Of a stretch of DNA of 64,000 nucleotides, positions 27,542-40,044 are shown piece after piece. This DNA comes from Octopus sinensis (taxonomy: Eukaryota). Position 1 is the stretch's first letter. The number at the start of each line of letters is the position of its first letter. The notes under the pieces were generated by a model. The model was not told the DNA's origin. It worked only from the letters and a program-made list of their open reading frames with translations, and did not search any database. Both the position numbers and the translations under genes were made by a program. The DNA lies in assembly GCF_006345805.1 (NCBI RefSeq), contig NC_043001.1:32364001-32428000 (forward strand). Reading direction: 5' to 3'.

Positions 27542-27775
27542 GTGATGATGGTGATGGTGGTGGTGGTGGTGATGATGATTGTGGTGGAGGAGTTGATGAT
27601 GATGAGATGATGATGATGATGATGATGATGAGATGATGATGATGATGGTGGTGCTGGTGGTGGTGGTGAGGATGATGTTGGTGGTGGTGGTGGTGGTGGT
27701 GGTGGTGGTGGAGGAGTTGATGCTGATGATGAGATGACGACGACGATGTTGATGATGATGACGTTGAGCAAAAAT
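26150..27775. repeat. (GAT)n/(GGT)n low-complexity block with an internal tandem duplication of about 266 bp
   Basis: Anchor GGGGATGGTA(A)CGCTAACGGTGACGCCGGCGACAACGACGAC occurs at 27145 and 27411. Confidence 0.9.
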
Positions 27776-27869
27776 ACGAAACACACCTGTATGTTAAGTT
27801 TTTCAAACAAATGGCATACCAACTCCATCGTCTGCTTGAGTGACGTATTTATAAAATACTATACAGATG

Positions 27870-27906
27870 TATATAGTGCTACATATACATACATATATAC
27901 ATATAT

Positions 27907-27951
<45 letters not shown>

Positions 27952-28918
27952 AGATATATATATATATATATATATATATAATGTGTATGTATATGTATAC
28001 AAACATCCACACACACATATATACATATATATACACATATATATATATATACATATATACATGGTGTCCTATATATGTGTATCATGTGCTCTACAGGTAC
28101 ATATAGGATTATATACGTGTATATCTGCCCGGCATATGTATAAGTGTGACATATATGTACATAATAAACAATATATTTGTAGTATAGTATATGTGCATCT
28201 ATGACATAATACATAGTGTACTGATATCTGTGTAAATAGAACGCTATATATAAGTATAGTGTACTTCGTAGATGTATAGTGCAATATATATATATGTGTA
28301 TGTGTGTGTATGTATTGTACTCTATATGTATATCATGTGATATGTGCGATATCATTTGATATGTATATCATGTGATATATATTGATATATATATGTATAC
28401 ATGTATGTAATAATTGTTACAGGAGACGGAATATATGTTTGTGTATGTGTACGCACACATATACATGTATACATACACAGATATACACACACACACATAC
28501 GTAGAACTGTACATGTTAGTGTAGTATGTATATGTCTTGTACTATATATGCGTGTACGGAGTGTAGTGTGTATATGAATATTGTGTACTATAGAAGTTCA
28601 TAGTGTATCATATTTGGTTGCTGTCCTATATATGTATGTAGGACTATATTCACGTAGGGTCCTATATATTTAAATACTGTTATACAGACAGACAGACAGA
28701 CAGACACATACATATAGTGTAATATATATGTATATAGCGTAGTATACAGGTACTGTATATGTGTGTAATTATATATATATGCAAACACATGCACACATAT
28801 ATGACATACATACATATATATGTATGTATGTATGTATGTCATATATGTGTATATGCCATGCACGCACATACACATCACATACATGTATGCATTATGCATG
28901 TATGTACGTATATATGTA

Positions 28919-28949
<31 letters not shown>

Positions 28950-30106
28950 GTGTATGTATGTATGTACGTATTTTGTGCATTCTGCTGTATGGATCTGAGG
29001 AGTTAGTTGTGTGTTTATGGTATGTCTCATATATATATATATAGTATTTTCTTTCTTTCTTTCTTTCTTCATTCCTTCTTTCTTTCTTCATTCTTTCCTT
29101 CCTTCCTTCTTTCCTTCCTTCCTTCCTTCTTTTCTTACTTGTTTAAGAGCGAGAGATCGAGAAAGAGAGAGTATATGGGTGCGTAGTACAATATATATAT
29201 TACGCACGGCTATATTTTTCTTTTTACACATGCATGTACATCTTTTTGGGGTTTTTTTTTAAATTATGTATTACATGATATTATTTGGTGTGTATAGTTA
29301 GCTATACACACCAAATGTGTGTATGTTTGTGTGGAGTTATCTATCAGTATTCAGCATTATCTGTATGTTTTACACAAATCAAATGCGAATGTTTGTTTGG
29401 AATATTTGTGTTATACTTTTCCATATGAGCTTGTATGTATTACGTAAGTGATGCGTTTATATTTCAATGGAGCCATATAATATTACTATGTATGCCTGTG
29501 CATGTATTACGCAGTGCTGTATGTGTTCATGTGGAGTCGTATATTATCGTTATGTATGTGTGTATACGTATTACATAGTGTCTTGTATGTTTGTGTGCAG
29601 TTACGTAGATTCTTATATGTATTACGCAGTTTTTTTGTGTACGCTCGTGTGGAGACTTGTATTACTGTTTAAGTGTTATATATCTGTGTCTATGTATTAC
29701 GCAGTGTTATGAGTACGTTTGTGCGGAGTTATGTATGTGGTTATGTATTACGTAGTGCTATGCTACGAGAACAGGGCTAAGTACGTTGACGTGATGCCGG
29801 CTGCTGAGCTGATGTCGGCTGATTGAATGAAGAGAAAAAAGAAGAAATAGAAGAAGGCACCACGAAGAAGACGGTGACGATGGGTGTGACGATGACGATG
29901 ACGATGACGACGACGACGATGATGGTGATGGTGACGACGACGACAAAGTTGGTGGTGGCTATTTTGGAGATTAGGATGTTCGTGATGGTGGTAATTATCG
30001 TGATTATGACGATGATGATGATGATGATGATGATGAAGTTGCCGGTGGTGAGGGTGGTGGCTATTATGGTATCTACGATGATGATGGTGATGATGATGAT
30101 GATGAT

Positions 30107-30137
<31 letters not shown>

Positions 30138-30361
30138 AAGTTGATGCTGATGATGATGATACAGATGATAGCGGTTGTGGTGTTGGTGTTGGTGGTTGGG
30201 CTGGTTCTAGTATTGTGGTGGTACTGGTTTGGATGCTGATGATGATTAAGATGAAGAAGAAGAAGAAGAAGAAGAAGAAGAAGAAGAGAAGAAGAAGAAG
30301 AAGAAGAAGAAGAATATTAGAGCAATTGATTGATAAAACCGTTTGAATCACGTACCGTGTG

Positions 30362-30415
<54 letters not shown>

Positions 30416-31679
30416 TGTATAAGACGTAAAGAAGAGTTGAGTTTCTTGACGAAGATTTAAAAATCTGACAAAGTAGGTCAGTTCTCGTGTGCTCTGTGTT
30501 GTTCAAAGTACTAAGATGCTGGGGTAGAAACAGTAAGGGTAGGCTGATGTGGTGTGGGGTGGTTCGGGGTGGTATGCGGGTGAGGAGACGGAAATCGATA
30601 CTGCTTGCATTGATTCGGTTTTGTTGCTGTTGTTTAACCCCAGGTCGGACCTAATTCAGCAGAGTTATGATCGAAAGCATTCCTAACAAACTATCTCCCC
30701 AACATACACACACATAGACACACACACTCACACACACACACACACATACAGGTGCACTCTCACACATGCACATTCACACACACACACTCACACATACACT
30801 CACATACACAAATTCACATGCACACAGGTGCACACTCACATTCACACTCACACATAAACACACACATACACTCACATACACACATTCACACACGCACACA
30901 CACATACACTCACACACGCACACACACACACACACACACACTCATCCTGGCTTTTTGTATATCTAGGCCTCGATGTGTCATTCCTCTTTTCAAGGCACTA
31001 GCGAATGATATTTGAAGGAATGTGGCTGCTATTTCTAACAGATCGTGCAATCGCATACTGGATCTCGTCTTGGCCCATATATTATGCTGTTGTTGTTGTT
31101 GGTGGTGGTGTTGGTGGTTGTGGCGGCGGGGCGAGTCCTGTGGTTATAGTGATGGTAGTGGGGGATGAAGCTAGAGCTGGTTGGGGCGGTGTAATTATAG
31201 TGGTTGTGACTATTGTGGTGGTAGTGGTAGTGGTTATAGCGGTGGTGTTTCTGGAGGTAGTGGTTGTGGTAGTGATGGTCGCGGCGGCCCTGGTGATTGT
31301 GATGGTGGTGGTGCAGAGGCTGGTATATATGTCATTCGTATTATTGCTGTTAGTAGAGCAGTTGTATTTGTTATGAATGCCTTTGGTATTAGTTTAACGG
31401 CGGTGGCGGCGGCCAATGCAATGATGGTGGTGGTGGTGGTGGTGGTGGTATTATTAGTGTTGTTACTGTGATTGCTATTGTTGTTGTTTGGCCATGGGTC
31501 AGCCATTATCAAGCAAACATGTGATCAGATACATTCCAGTCGTCACTATTACCGGCGTTTTTTGTTTTTTTATTTGCAGGTAACCTAGGACAACGTTATC
31601 AGAAATGCCTAACACAGCAAGGTGTGATTTGAAGGGAAATTTAACTTCTATTTCTAGTAAACCAGGCGACCATAAAATG

Positions 31680-31731
<52 letters not shown>

Positions 31732-32306
31732 TCTCTCACTCTCTCTCCCTCTCTTTCTCCTGGCTCTTGCTCTTGGTATTAGTATGGTGATGGTGATAGT
31801 GGTTGGTGGTTGTTGTCGTTAACGTCATCGTCTTTGCAGTGTTTGTGGTGGTGGTCGTGGTATTATTGTCGTGAGGTGAGAAGCGGTGAGTTGTGTAGTT
31901 TGTTGTATATATTTCATGGTGTGCAGTGGTATGTTCCGGTGTGGTGTAATGATAGGTATTTGGTTGCAGTTTCAGGGAAAGAGGACGGTGGAAAAAAAAA
32001 ACATGCCCCATATGCCCCCCACCCTGTTTGTTAATATCTAGAGCTGATGGCGTTGTGGTGTTGTTGTTCTTGTTATAACTACTGCTGTTGTTAATGATGG
32101 TAGTGATGCTAGTCACACCATTGACTGATTTGCGTGGAATGTTGGCGCTGTTGGTAGAGAAGCTGGTTATGAGGCATTCTGTTGGTGGCAGTGGTATTGT
32201 CGGTGGCGCAGTATGCGTGTGTGTGTGTGTGCGTGCGTAAGTGCGTGTACGAATGTGTTCGAAGACCGGCGCCGGTGCTGTAATTGGAAGGGTAACATGT
32301 TGCTGA

Positions 32307-32337
<31 letters not shown>

Positions 32338-32350
32338 AATGGTGTTCCTA
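27870..32350. repeat. Degenerate microsatellite region (TA, TATG, GAT, GAA, GT, CA, GGT, CT)
   Basis: Direct reading; includes short unique islands such as 31500-31680. Confidence 0.8.
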
Positions 32351-33264
32351 CTTCAGTACTGCTGATCATAAATTAGTACAACGGTGCTGGCAAACAACGC
32401 TTGTAGTTTTGATACGGCGATGATAGTGATTGATTGAAGTGACAGTGTTATCATGTGTACGGTGTAGTCGGTGTTAGCGTAACCCGTGACAGTTTTATTT
32501 TCATTCATGAGTGTGCCAGAGAAGGTGAGTGGGTGTATCTCTGTGTGTCAGTATGTCTGTGTGTCTGTCAAAAGAATCGAAGGGAAAACTGATGTGAGAA
32601 GGAGCTGCTAGTGTAATAATGAATGAATCGGAATTTATCTTCCACTCATTCACATAAAATTTCGTTTAAAAAATATTTATTTGTTTGTTTGTTTATTTAT
32701 CTGCTTATTTTCCATATCTTCTACTTTCACTTTTACTTTCGCTTTCGATTAATCGCCGTGATGTACACTGCGGGATATTTTGACTAAGAAGCTTAAGTGA
32801 GTGCGTGATTCCCACAACCCATTCTAATATAACTGTATTTAGGACGCCTGCATGTAGGACAATCCCGCTACCCCTGTCATTTTTTAAAGCTTTACTTCTG
32901 GGTAAAATTAACGCTCAATATTACGATTTGACGAATAATTCGTTAATTATCATGCTAACAAAAACTATGATTGTAGTTAAAAGATTTTTTTCTTTTTTGT
33001 TTTCTAAAATATCTGCATATCTCAAGTTTTTATTCCCCATGAATTGACTTAGGCTGATGCGATCTACTTCGAATATTTTAACAATAATTATATAGTTTTT
33101 AAACGACATCAATTTGTGAGCTTTACTTTGCATATACTACCCTTATGCAGCCACAGAACCTGGGTGTTTAAGAGTTCAGCTCTGTGTCATGTGATATTTC
33201 GTGAGACACTCACATACACAATCACTAGCTTGCGATTTGTCAGAAAGTTGATCTTTAATAAAAA

Positions 33265-33318
<54 letters not shown>

Positions 33319-33440
33319 CATATATAACGTGCAGTTATTAAAGAAGAGAGCAAACTGCATTGCTATATATATACAAAAGATAGGTATGTTTTCATTCATA
33401 TCAATATGCAGTTTAACATAACTATATATATATATATACT

Positions 33441-34585
33441 TCTATTCCTTTACTCATTTCAGTCATGCGGCTACGGTCATGCTGGTGCACCACCGTGGTC
33501 TTTCTGATTTCCTCAGTCTGGAGCGTTTCACATCACCACTCCTGTATGTGCATTTATCCCAGCTGTTGGCTCAATCGGTGTATAAGGGAGTTTGTTTCTG
33601 CTGCCCTCGTCTGCGCCACATGTCGGGCTGTTAGTTTATCCGGTATTGTGGAGAGGAAGATGTTTAGTTCCTTTTTGGAGACATCTATTTCCAACTTTGT
33701 GCAGATTTCTTAATTTTTGTGGCAGGGCAGGAAAGAGCTTTGGGCCTTTGAACTCTAGACTATTGCAGTACCTGGACCTGAATTTAGATGGTGTGGATGG
33801 TATCTTTGGTACAATACAATGGCGGGCAATTCTGGTATTTGTATAACACTCAATGCCGAAATTATGTACTAGCCCCTCTAGAGCTTTCCATTATTGCATA
33901 TCTCTCACGCTTTCGCTCCAGAGAGTAAAGTTTCAGTTTTCTCAGCCTATCTCCGTAGCTCATCCGCTGCACTGTCTTAATCTTTTTATTGTGGTGGCAT
34001 TGGACTTCCTCAAGCTTTGCTGCTAGTTTGGCACTATGTGGTGACCTTAACTGGGAGCAGTAGTCCAGGCATCTGAAAACAAACGTTCTCCACAGGGTCA
34101 ACATAGTTTCTTGGTCTCTTGTCTTGAAGGACCTCAGTATTCACCCTGCTAGTTGTCTGCACTTTGCAGCCATCTTGATAATGTGCATATAAAATGATGC
34201 GTCTTTGGACGTACTGATTCTCAAGCCTTTCACTGCCGATGACTCTAGGATTGTTGTGCTTTTGGGTCCTGTAGTGCACACGTGAGTTGATAATGCAGTG
34301 TTTGAAATTTTCCAGCGTTGAACAGCATGTTGTTTATTTCGGCCCACTTGTATATCGATTTCAGATCCCGATGTAAGCTTGCGACGTCATCTTGGCTTTT
34401 TATTACCTGTGATAATTTTGTATCATCGACATAGCTAGTTACAGTGTATGTCCGAGTTACTGTGGGCATGTCTAAACGGACAATTATGAGCAGTAATTGC
34501 CCCAGAAGAGTTCCCTAGGGAGACAGGACTTGGGATTTGAGTTTTCTCAGAAAAGGCACCATTGGCTTCAACTGCCCAATCTCTG
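33441..34585 (-). pseudogene. CR1/L2-type LINE 3' fragment (RT C-terminal half plus 3' UTR)
   Basis: TSYVDDTKLSQVIKS (YADD box), KWAEINNMLFNAGKFQ, LDYCSQLRSP and RLRKLKLYSLERKRERYAI. Multiple frameshifts; 5' truncated. Confidence 0.92.
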
Positions 34586-34694
34586 TATATATGTGTGTGT
34601 GTGTGTGTGTATGTGCGTGCGCGCGTGAGTGTGTATATATATATGCATATATACATCCATATACATATGTATGTATGTATATGTATGTATATAT

Positions 34695-34878
34695 AGGGAG
34701 AATCCAGAAAAACAAAAGAGGAAGACAGGTGGTATAGACAACAAACAGATGTATTAGTTTAACGCTCAGGAAGTGAAAAGTCTTTAACGTTTCGAGCCTA
34801 CACTCTTTCACAGAAAGGAACACAGAAAGAAACAAGGAGAGAAAATAAAGAATGTGTAGTGGCTAGCGATCTATCATG
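34695..34878 (-). mobile_element. Dispersed repeat family P2 carrying a degenerate hammerhead motif (Penelope-like end)
   Basis: Related to 38671 and 62431. Minus strand 34782-34817 reads CTTT-CTGTGAAA-GAGT-GTAG-GCTC-GAA-ACGT-T-AAAG. Confidence 0.65.
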
Positions 34879-36119
34879 TTGAATGCCGGACAGAGGGATC
34901 ACACAGGAGAGCTAGGAAGAAGGGGAGATAATAAAGTAGTGGTGATCCCAAAATGGAGGTGTGCGTGTGTGTGTATAAGAGAGCATGTATGTGTGTGTGG
35001 AAGAGGTCTGGTGACCTTGACGTGTGCGTATGTGTAGGTGTGTGTATGATGGTGTGGGGCTGCGAAGTGGTGCTAGTGTGTGCGTGTTGGTGTGATGTGA
35101 TGTGGTGTTGTGTGGTATGGTGGTGTATGGTATGTGGGTGGTGTTGAGATGTGGGGGAGGCGAGAGTAGAGAAAGCAAGGGTGGGGTGTGGGGAAAGCGT
35201 AAGTAGGGAAAGCAAGGGTGGGATGTGGGTTAGGCTGAGGGTGGGGGTAGAGGTGGGGTATGTGAGAGTGGGTGTAAGGGATGGGGTAGGATGGGATGGG
35301 ATGGATAGGAAAGGTGGGGTTGGATTGTGTAGGGGTGGTGTTACGAGGTAGGGGTGATAATGAAAGGAGAGGGGGAAGGGAGAAGATGGGTAGGAGTGAA
35401 GAGAAGAGAGGAGAGTAGGAGTGAAGAGATGAAGTAGGATTCGGAGCAAGACAGAAGTTGATGGGATGAAGTAGGTGTGAGAGGGAGAGGGGAGGGGGAG
35501 GGGTGTTGAATTGGCCCTGTAGTTCTATTTGTTTCCATTTATTTGATCTGTTGCTCATCCCTCTCTTTGAATTCTCCTGTTTCGGTCACATTTGATTATC
35601 TCTGGTTGTCGACGGTATTCTCGGCACAACATAAGTTTTCAGACCCAGTATCGCAGTATTAACAGAGTCTTCTGCGTTTAGTAACCCTCTGCCACCTTTC
35701 TTTCTTGTAGGTAGATTTTGTTGGTATTACTTTTAGAGTGGTGTGCATTGTACATCGTACATTTTGAGCTGCTTTCTAGTTTTATCAAGTTCTGTAACTC
35801 GGGTTTTGTCCATTTCAGAAACAGAGGAGCGTATCTCAATATTATTATTATTATCTCCCCTCTCTCTCTCTCTCTTCCTAGCTATAACTTTACTTTTGAC
35901 ACACTGTGATAATCTTATTTATTAACGTTCAAGGAGTGGATATAAGTCTGCCAGATTTTTCGGGTGATGGAGTAATGATAATCGAGCGTCGTCACATCTA
36001 ACGGCTTTCACAATGATAACAACGAATTAATCAAATGGACTATCTTTAAAACAGCATCGAAATCATGTGCTTGGAATTCTTCTTCCACAACGCGATTTAT
36101 GGTTTCAAATGTTCTCACA

Positions 36120-36515
36120 AATTTAGAAATTATTGGGGAAGAACCTTAGTGTTCAGTGGTATTTATTTTAGCAACCTCGAAAGGATGAAAGGCAAAGTTG
36201 ACCTCGGCAGTATTTGGGTGCTGTTGTGGTTAAGCAACAAGACGCGTAAGGATGATTAGGTGATGGTCTAGGACTTAGGGGCGGGAGACCCCAGACCTTG
36301 GAAAAAGAAAAATCTTTGGTCGTCTTATTGTAGTCGAGGGCTCTTCGTTGACGCCCGAAACCACTGGGAGGTGGCCTTCGAAGTCGCCGGAAATGGAGAT
36401 CTCCAGGTCCAAATTCTTGAACGGCGTATTTGGGTGCAGAACGTAAAGAGCCGAAAGAAAAGCCGATAAGCATTTTGTCCGAAGCACTGACGATTTTGTT
36501 AGCTCGCCACCTTAA
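36120..36515 (-). mobile_element. SINE family A split by an insertion of about 204 bp
   Basis: 3' part (GAAAGGATGAAAGGCAAAGTTGACCTCGG) before 36221 and 5' part (AGCTCGCCACCTT) after 36437. The insert is flanked by GTATTTGGGTGC twice. Confidence 0.8.
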
Positions 36516-36681
36516 ACCACGATTTAAAACGGAGTACAGCTAGTACGATATGCTTCCACGACAGTTAGAAGGACAACACTGTTGTCACTACTCTCAAAAT
36601 TATAATGGAGCGAGAAAAAATGTCCTAGATGTAGGAGCAGAATGCTCACAGTTCTTAATGGTAAACTTGAGTGAAAATATG

Positions 36682-37359
36682 GGATCTTATCGGTTTGAAC
36701 GGCAGTTTTTTAAAGTAATTTCCACGTAACTAGACACATTTAAGCTTCGTATACTGGTAGAATGTGTATATAAAACATCTTTTTCTCTTGGCTTTATTGA
36801 GAAAATTCTATAGTTTGTAAGATATTTGTTGTTTTTTTTCTTCAATTTCTGCAATTTCAACCAGTCATTGACATCTATTGAGGTGAAAACATTCTGTGCC
36901 GTATGAATATGTCCTTCGTTTAAGAAACAGATTGGGTTTATTTACATTTCTGAAGAAAAAAGATACCCTTCCACCCACCCCTAACCCTAACTAACCCTAA
37001 CCCTAAAACAGATTGAAATGCAATAGATCGATACTAGGATCATAATTATGGGTGACAATTTCATATGACACCGCTAGAAAAAACTGCCGTTCAAACCGAA
37101 AAGATCCCTTCAGTCCATCTCAGGGCTAATTTTATATTAAACAATGGTTTCTGATTGAGGAACAAGACCAACACTACGGAAGGGAAAGGTTTAGACGATT
37201 CTATTGACCCAGTACTTAACTGGTACTATATTTTATCGAACTTAGCGATTCCGAAAGCTTGAGAGGCAAAGTTGACCTTGAAGGGATTTCAACATAATTA
37301 TGGGTGACAATTTTATATGACACCGCTAGAAAAAACTGCCGTTCAAACCGAAAAGATCC
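36682..37359. mobile_element. Merlin-like MITE copy 2, composite (internal right TIR, captured 186-bp flank, duplicated terminus)
   Basis: Left TIR at 36682, first right TIR ends 37107, second right TIR ends 37359. Perfect TSD AAAATATG at 36674-36681 and 37360-37367. Confidence 0.9.
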
Positions 37360-37596
37360 AAAATATGTTATGCAGAATCGGTTTCTAACCCTCAAAACTT
37401 ATGATATATTAACGACATACACAACTATTCAATTTTGAGTAAATGCAAACACCGTTGAAGTTATCGTGCGATTGTGTTAGATGAATAGGTGTGAGATTTG
37501 TACACTTCTTGACTGAGAATCGAAACCGTATCAACGAATCAGTGACCAAAGATTTTAGTCCTAATCTTTGAAATCTGTTACACTAATATTCAGAGT

Positions 37597-37867
37597 GTGG
37601 AGGCGCGTGGCTTAGTGGCTAGGGTGTCAGCACCATGATCGTAAGATTGTGGTTTCAATTCCTGGACCGAGCGACGCGTTGTGTTCTTGAGCAAACCACT
37701 TCATTTCACGTTGCTCCAGTCCACACAGCTGGCAAAAAAATGAGTAACGCTGCGATGGACTGGCGTCCCGTCCAGCTGCGGAACACATACGCCATTGAAA
37801 CCGGGAAAACGGGCCCATGAGCCTGGCTAGGCTTTAAAAGGGCGCCTTTATTTATTTATTTATTTAT
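37597..37867 (+). mobile_element. SINE family C, full length
   Basis: Head GTGGAGGCGCGTGGCTTAGTGG, B-box-like GGTTTCAATTCC, (TTTA)n tail. 13-bp TSD TAATATTCAGAGT at 37584-37596 and 37868-37880. Confidence 0.92.
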
Positions 37868-38508
37868 TAATATTCAGAGTAATCTTCCTGGAACTTTGAC
37901 TATGAAGGAGAAGCAACGGGAAGAGAACCGCCAACATCCTTGGGTTAAAGGGAAGCAATTATCCTAAAATCAAAGACCCAGCACAAATGCTTGCAACGCA
38001 ATGGAGGCACCAATGACTAGGTCATGATTTGAAACCGCGCGACGCTATGAAGCCCATCACGAAAAATATGTCGAAAAGGGATATTCCAAATGTTATTTTT
38101 ATCATATATAAAGTGGAATGCTTACATCAGGGATGCAAAACTGAACTCGCTGCCGGCGATACGGTGCGTAGGACGTAAACACGTGGTGCAGTATTTATTT
38201 ATTTATTTATTTATTTATTTTTTTTTTTTCGTAATGTATTGAAATAGGACGAAAGCCAAAACGCAGAACGAGAAAGCAAGAAGAAAGAAAATAGCAAAAA
38301 AATATTGCGAGAATGTATATAAGCATTTATTAACGAATGAGAATGTGTGACAAAATGAGAGAGAAGTGTTACGGAGGTTTAGAGCGAAAATGGAAAATGG
38401 AGTGAGAGAGAGAGGGAGAAGATCGAAGAGAGAAATACGAAACTGGAATCATTACAGCATGTGACTATGGGATAAAGCCTACGATATATATATATACATA
38501 TATATATG

Positions 38509-38571
<63 letters not shown>

Positions 38572-38606
38572 TATGTATGTATGTATGTATATATATATAT
38601 GTATGT

Positions 38607-38647
<41 letters not shown>

Positions 38648-38670
38648 TATGTATGTATGTATATATATAT

Positions 38671-38775
38671 AGGGAGAGTTTACGAAAAAAAAACCAAAAG
38701 ACGAAGACAGGTGCTGTACAAAACAAACAGATGTATTAGTATAACGCTCAGGAATAGAAAAAAGTCTTTTACGTG
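38671..38775 (-). repeat. Family P2 fragment, truncated before the ribozyme core
   Basis: GGGAGAG...GAAGACAGGT...AACAAACAGATGTATTAGT.TAACGCTCAGGAA shared with 34695. Confidence 0.7.
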
Positions 38776-38779
38776 CGTG

Positions 38780-38811
<32 letters not shown>

Positions 38812-39252
38812 CAAACACGCACACAAATACGTATGTATGCATGTTTCTATGTATGTGTGTATATGTGTGTATATACATACATATATGTGTATGAATCGAT
38901 GTATATATATATCTTTGTGCGTGTGTTTATATCTCTTTATGACTATGCTTGTTAATTTATCGATACTGCTTGTTTGACTATTTTACGTAATACGTATTCA
39001 TTACGTCGTTCGTAACACTAACTAAACGCAAGCTATATAATTATACACCATTGTTTAGGAGAGTTATCAGCATACATCTTCATTAGAGACGCGACTTACA
39101 CGAAAGTTTTTCCCGACAGTGCACTCTCATTAGTGCCGGAGCTTTGTCAGGCTTCCATAGCGTACAAGCGAACGAGAGTGCAACACGTCCTACTGAACGG
39201 GTTGGCAATCCATCACAGGAGGTCACCGTCAGCTCTCACTGGTACTAGTTTG

Positions 39253-39687
39253 GGATCTTTTCGGTTTGGACGGCAGTTTTTTAAAAATAACTTCCACGTA
39301 ACTAAACACTTTTAAACTTCGTATACTGGTAGAATGTGTTTATAAAACATATTTTTCTCTTGGCTTTATTGAGAAAATTCTATAGTTTATAAGATATTTG
39401 TTGTTTTTTTTTCTTCAATTTCTGCAATTTCAACCAATCACTGACGTCCATTGAGTTAAAAAAAAAAACATTCTGTGTCGTATGAATATGTCCCTCGTTT
39501 AAGAAACAGATTGGGTATATTTACATATGTGAAGAAAAAAAGATACCCTTCCCCCCACCCATAACCCTAACTAACCCTAACCCTAAAATAGATTGAAATG
39601 CAATAGATCGATACTAGGGTCATAATTATGGGTGACAATTTCATATGACACCGCTAGAAAAAACTGCCGTTCAAACCGAAAAGATCC
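39253..39687. mobile_element. Merlin-like MITE copy 3
   Basis: Both TIRs present; perfect 8-bp TSD CTAGTTTG at 39245-39252 and 39688-39695. Confidence 0.93.
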
Positions 39688-40044
39688 CTAGTTTGTGAGT
39701 AAGTGGACGGGCGTAAAGTCAATAAAATTGCTTTGCCATTGAATCCTGGAAACAAAATCATGACCTTGCGATCGCTAATCTAACACTTCTAAACACTAAG
39801 CAACACACCTTTATTATGAATGTGTAGAGTGTTATGAACTGGTCATGTTACAGAATATTGTGTTCCAGAAAATGTTGTCGTAATTCAGAATTCCGTAACG
39901 TGAAACCTCTCATCATATTGATTTCTTTTTTTCCTGAAAAGCGTTCAGACGGAAATGTATTTTTTTAAAAACGAAAGAAAAAATGCTAACAAACACACGA
40001 AAAAAAAATCCCCCAGTGTGTACACACACACACAAGAAAATATC

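Noticed and set aside
29283-29316. 15-bp perfect hairpin
   Set aside because: It is built largely from TG/TA repeat sequence, where such stems arise easily; no associated element.
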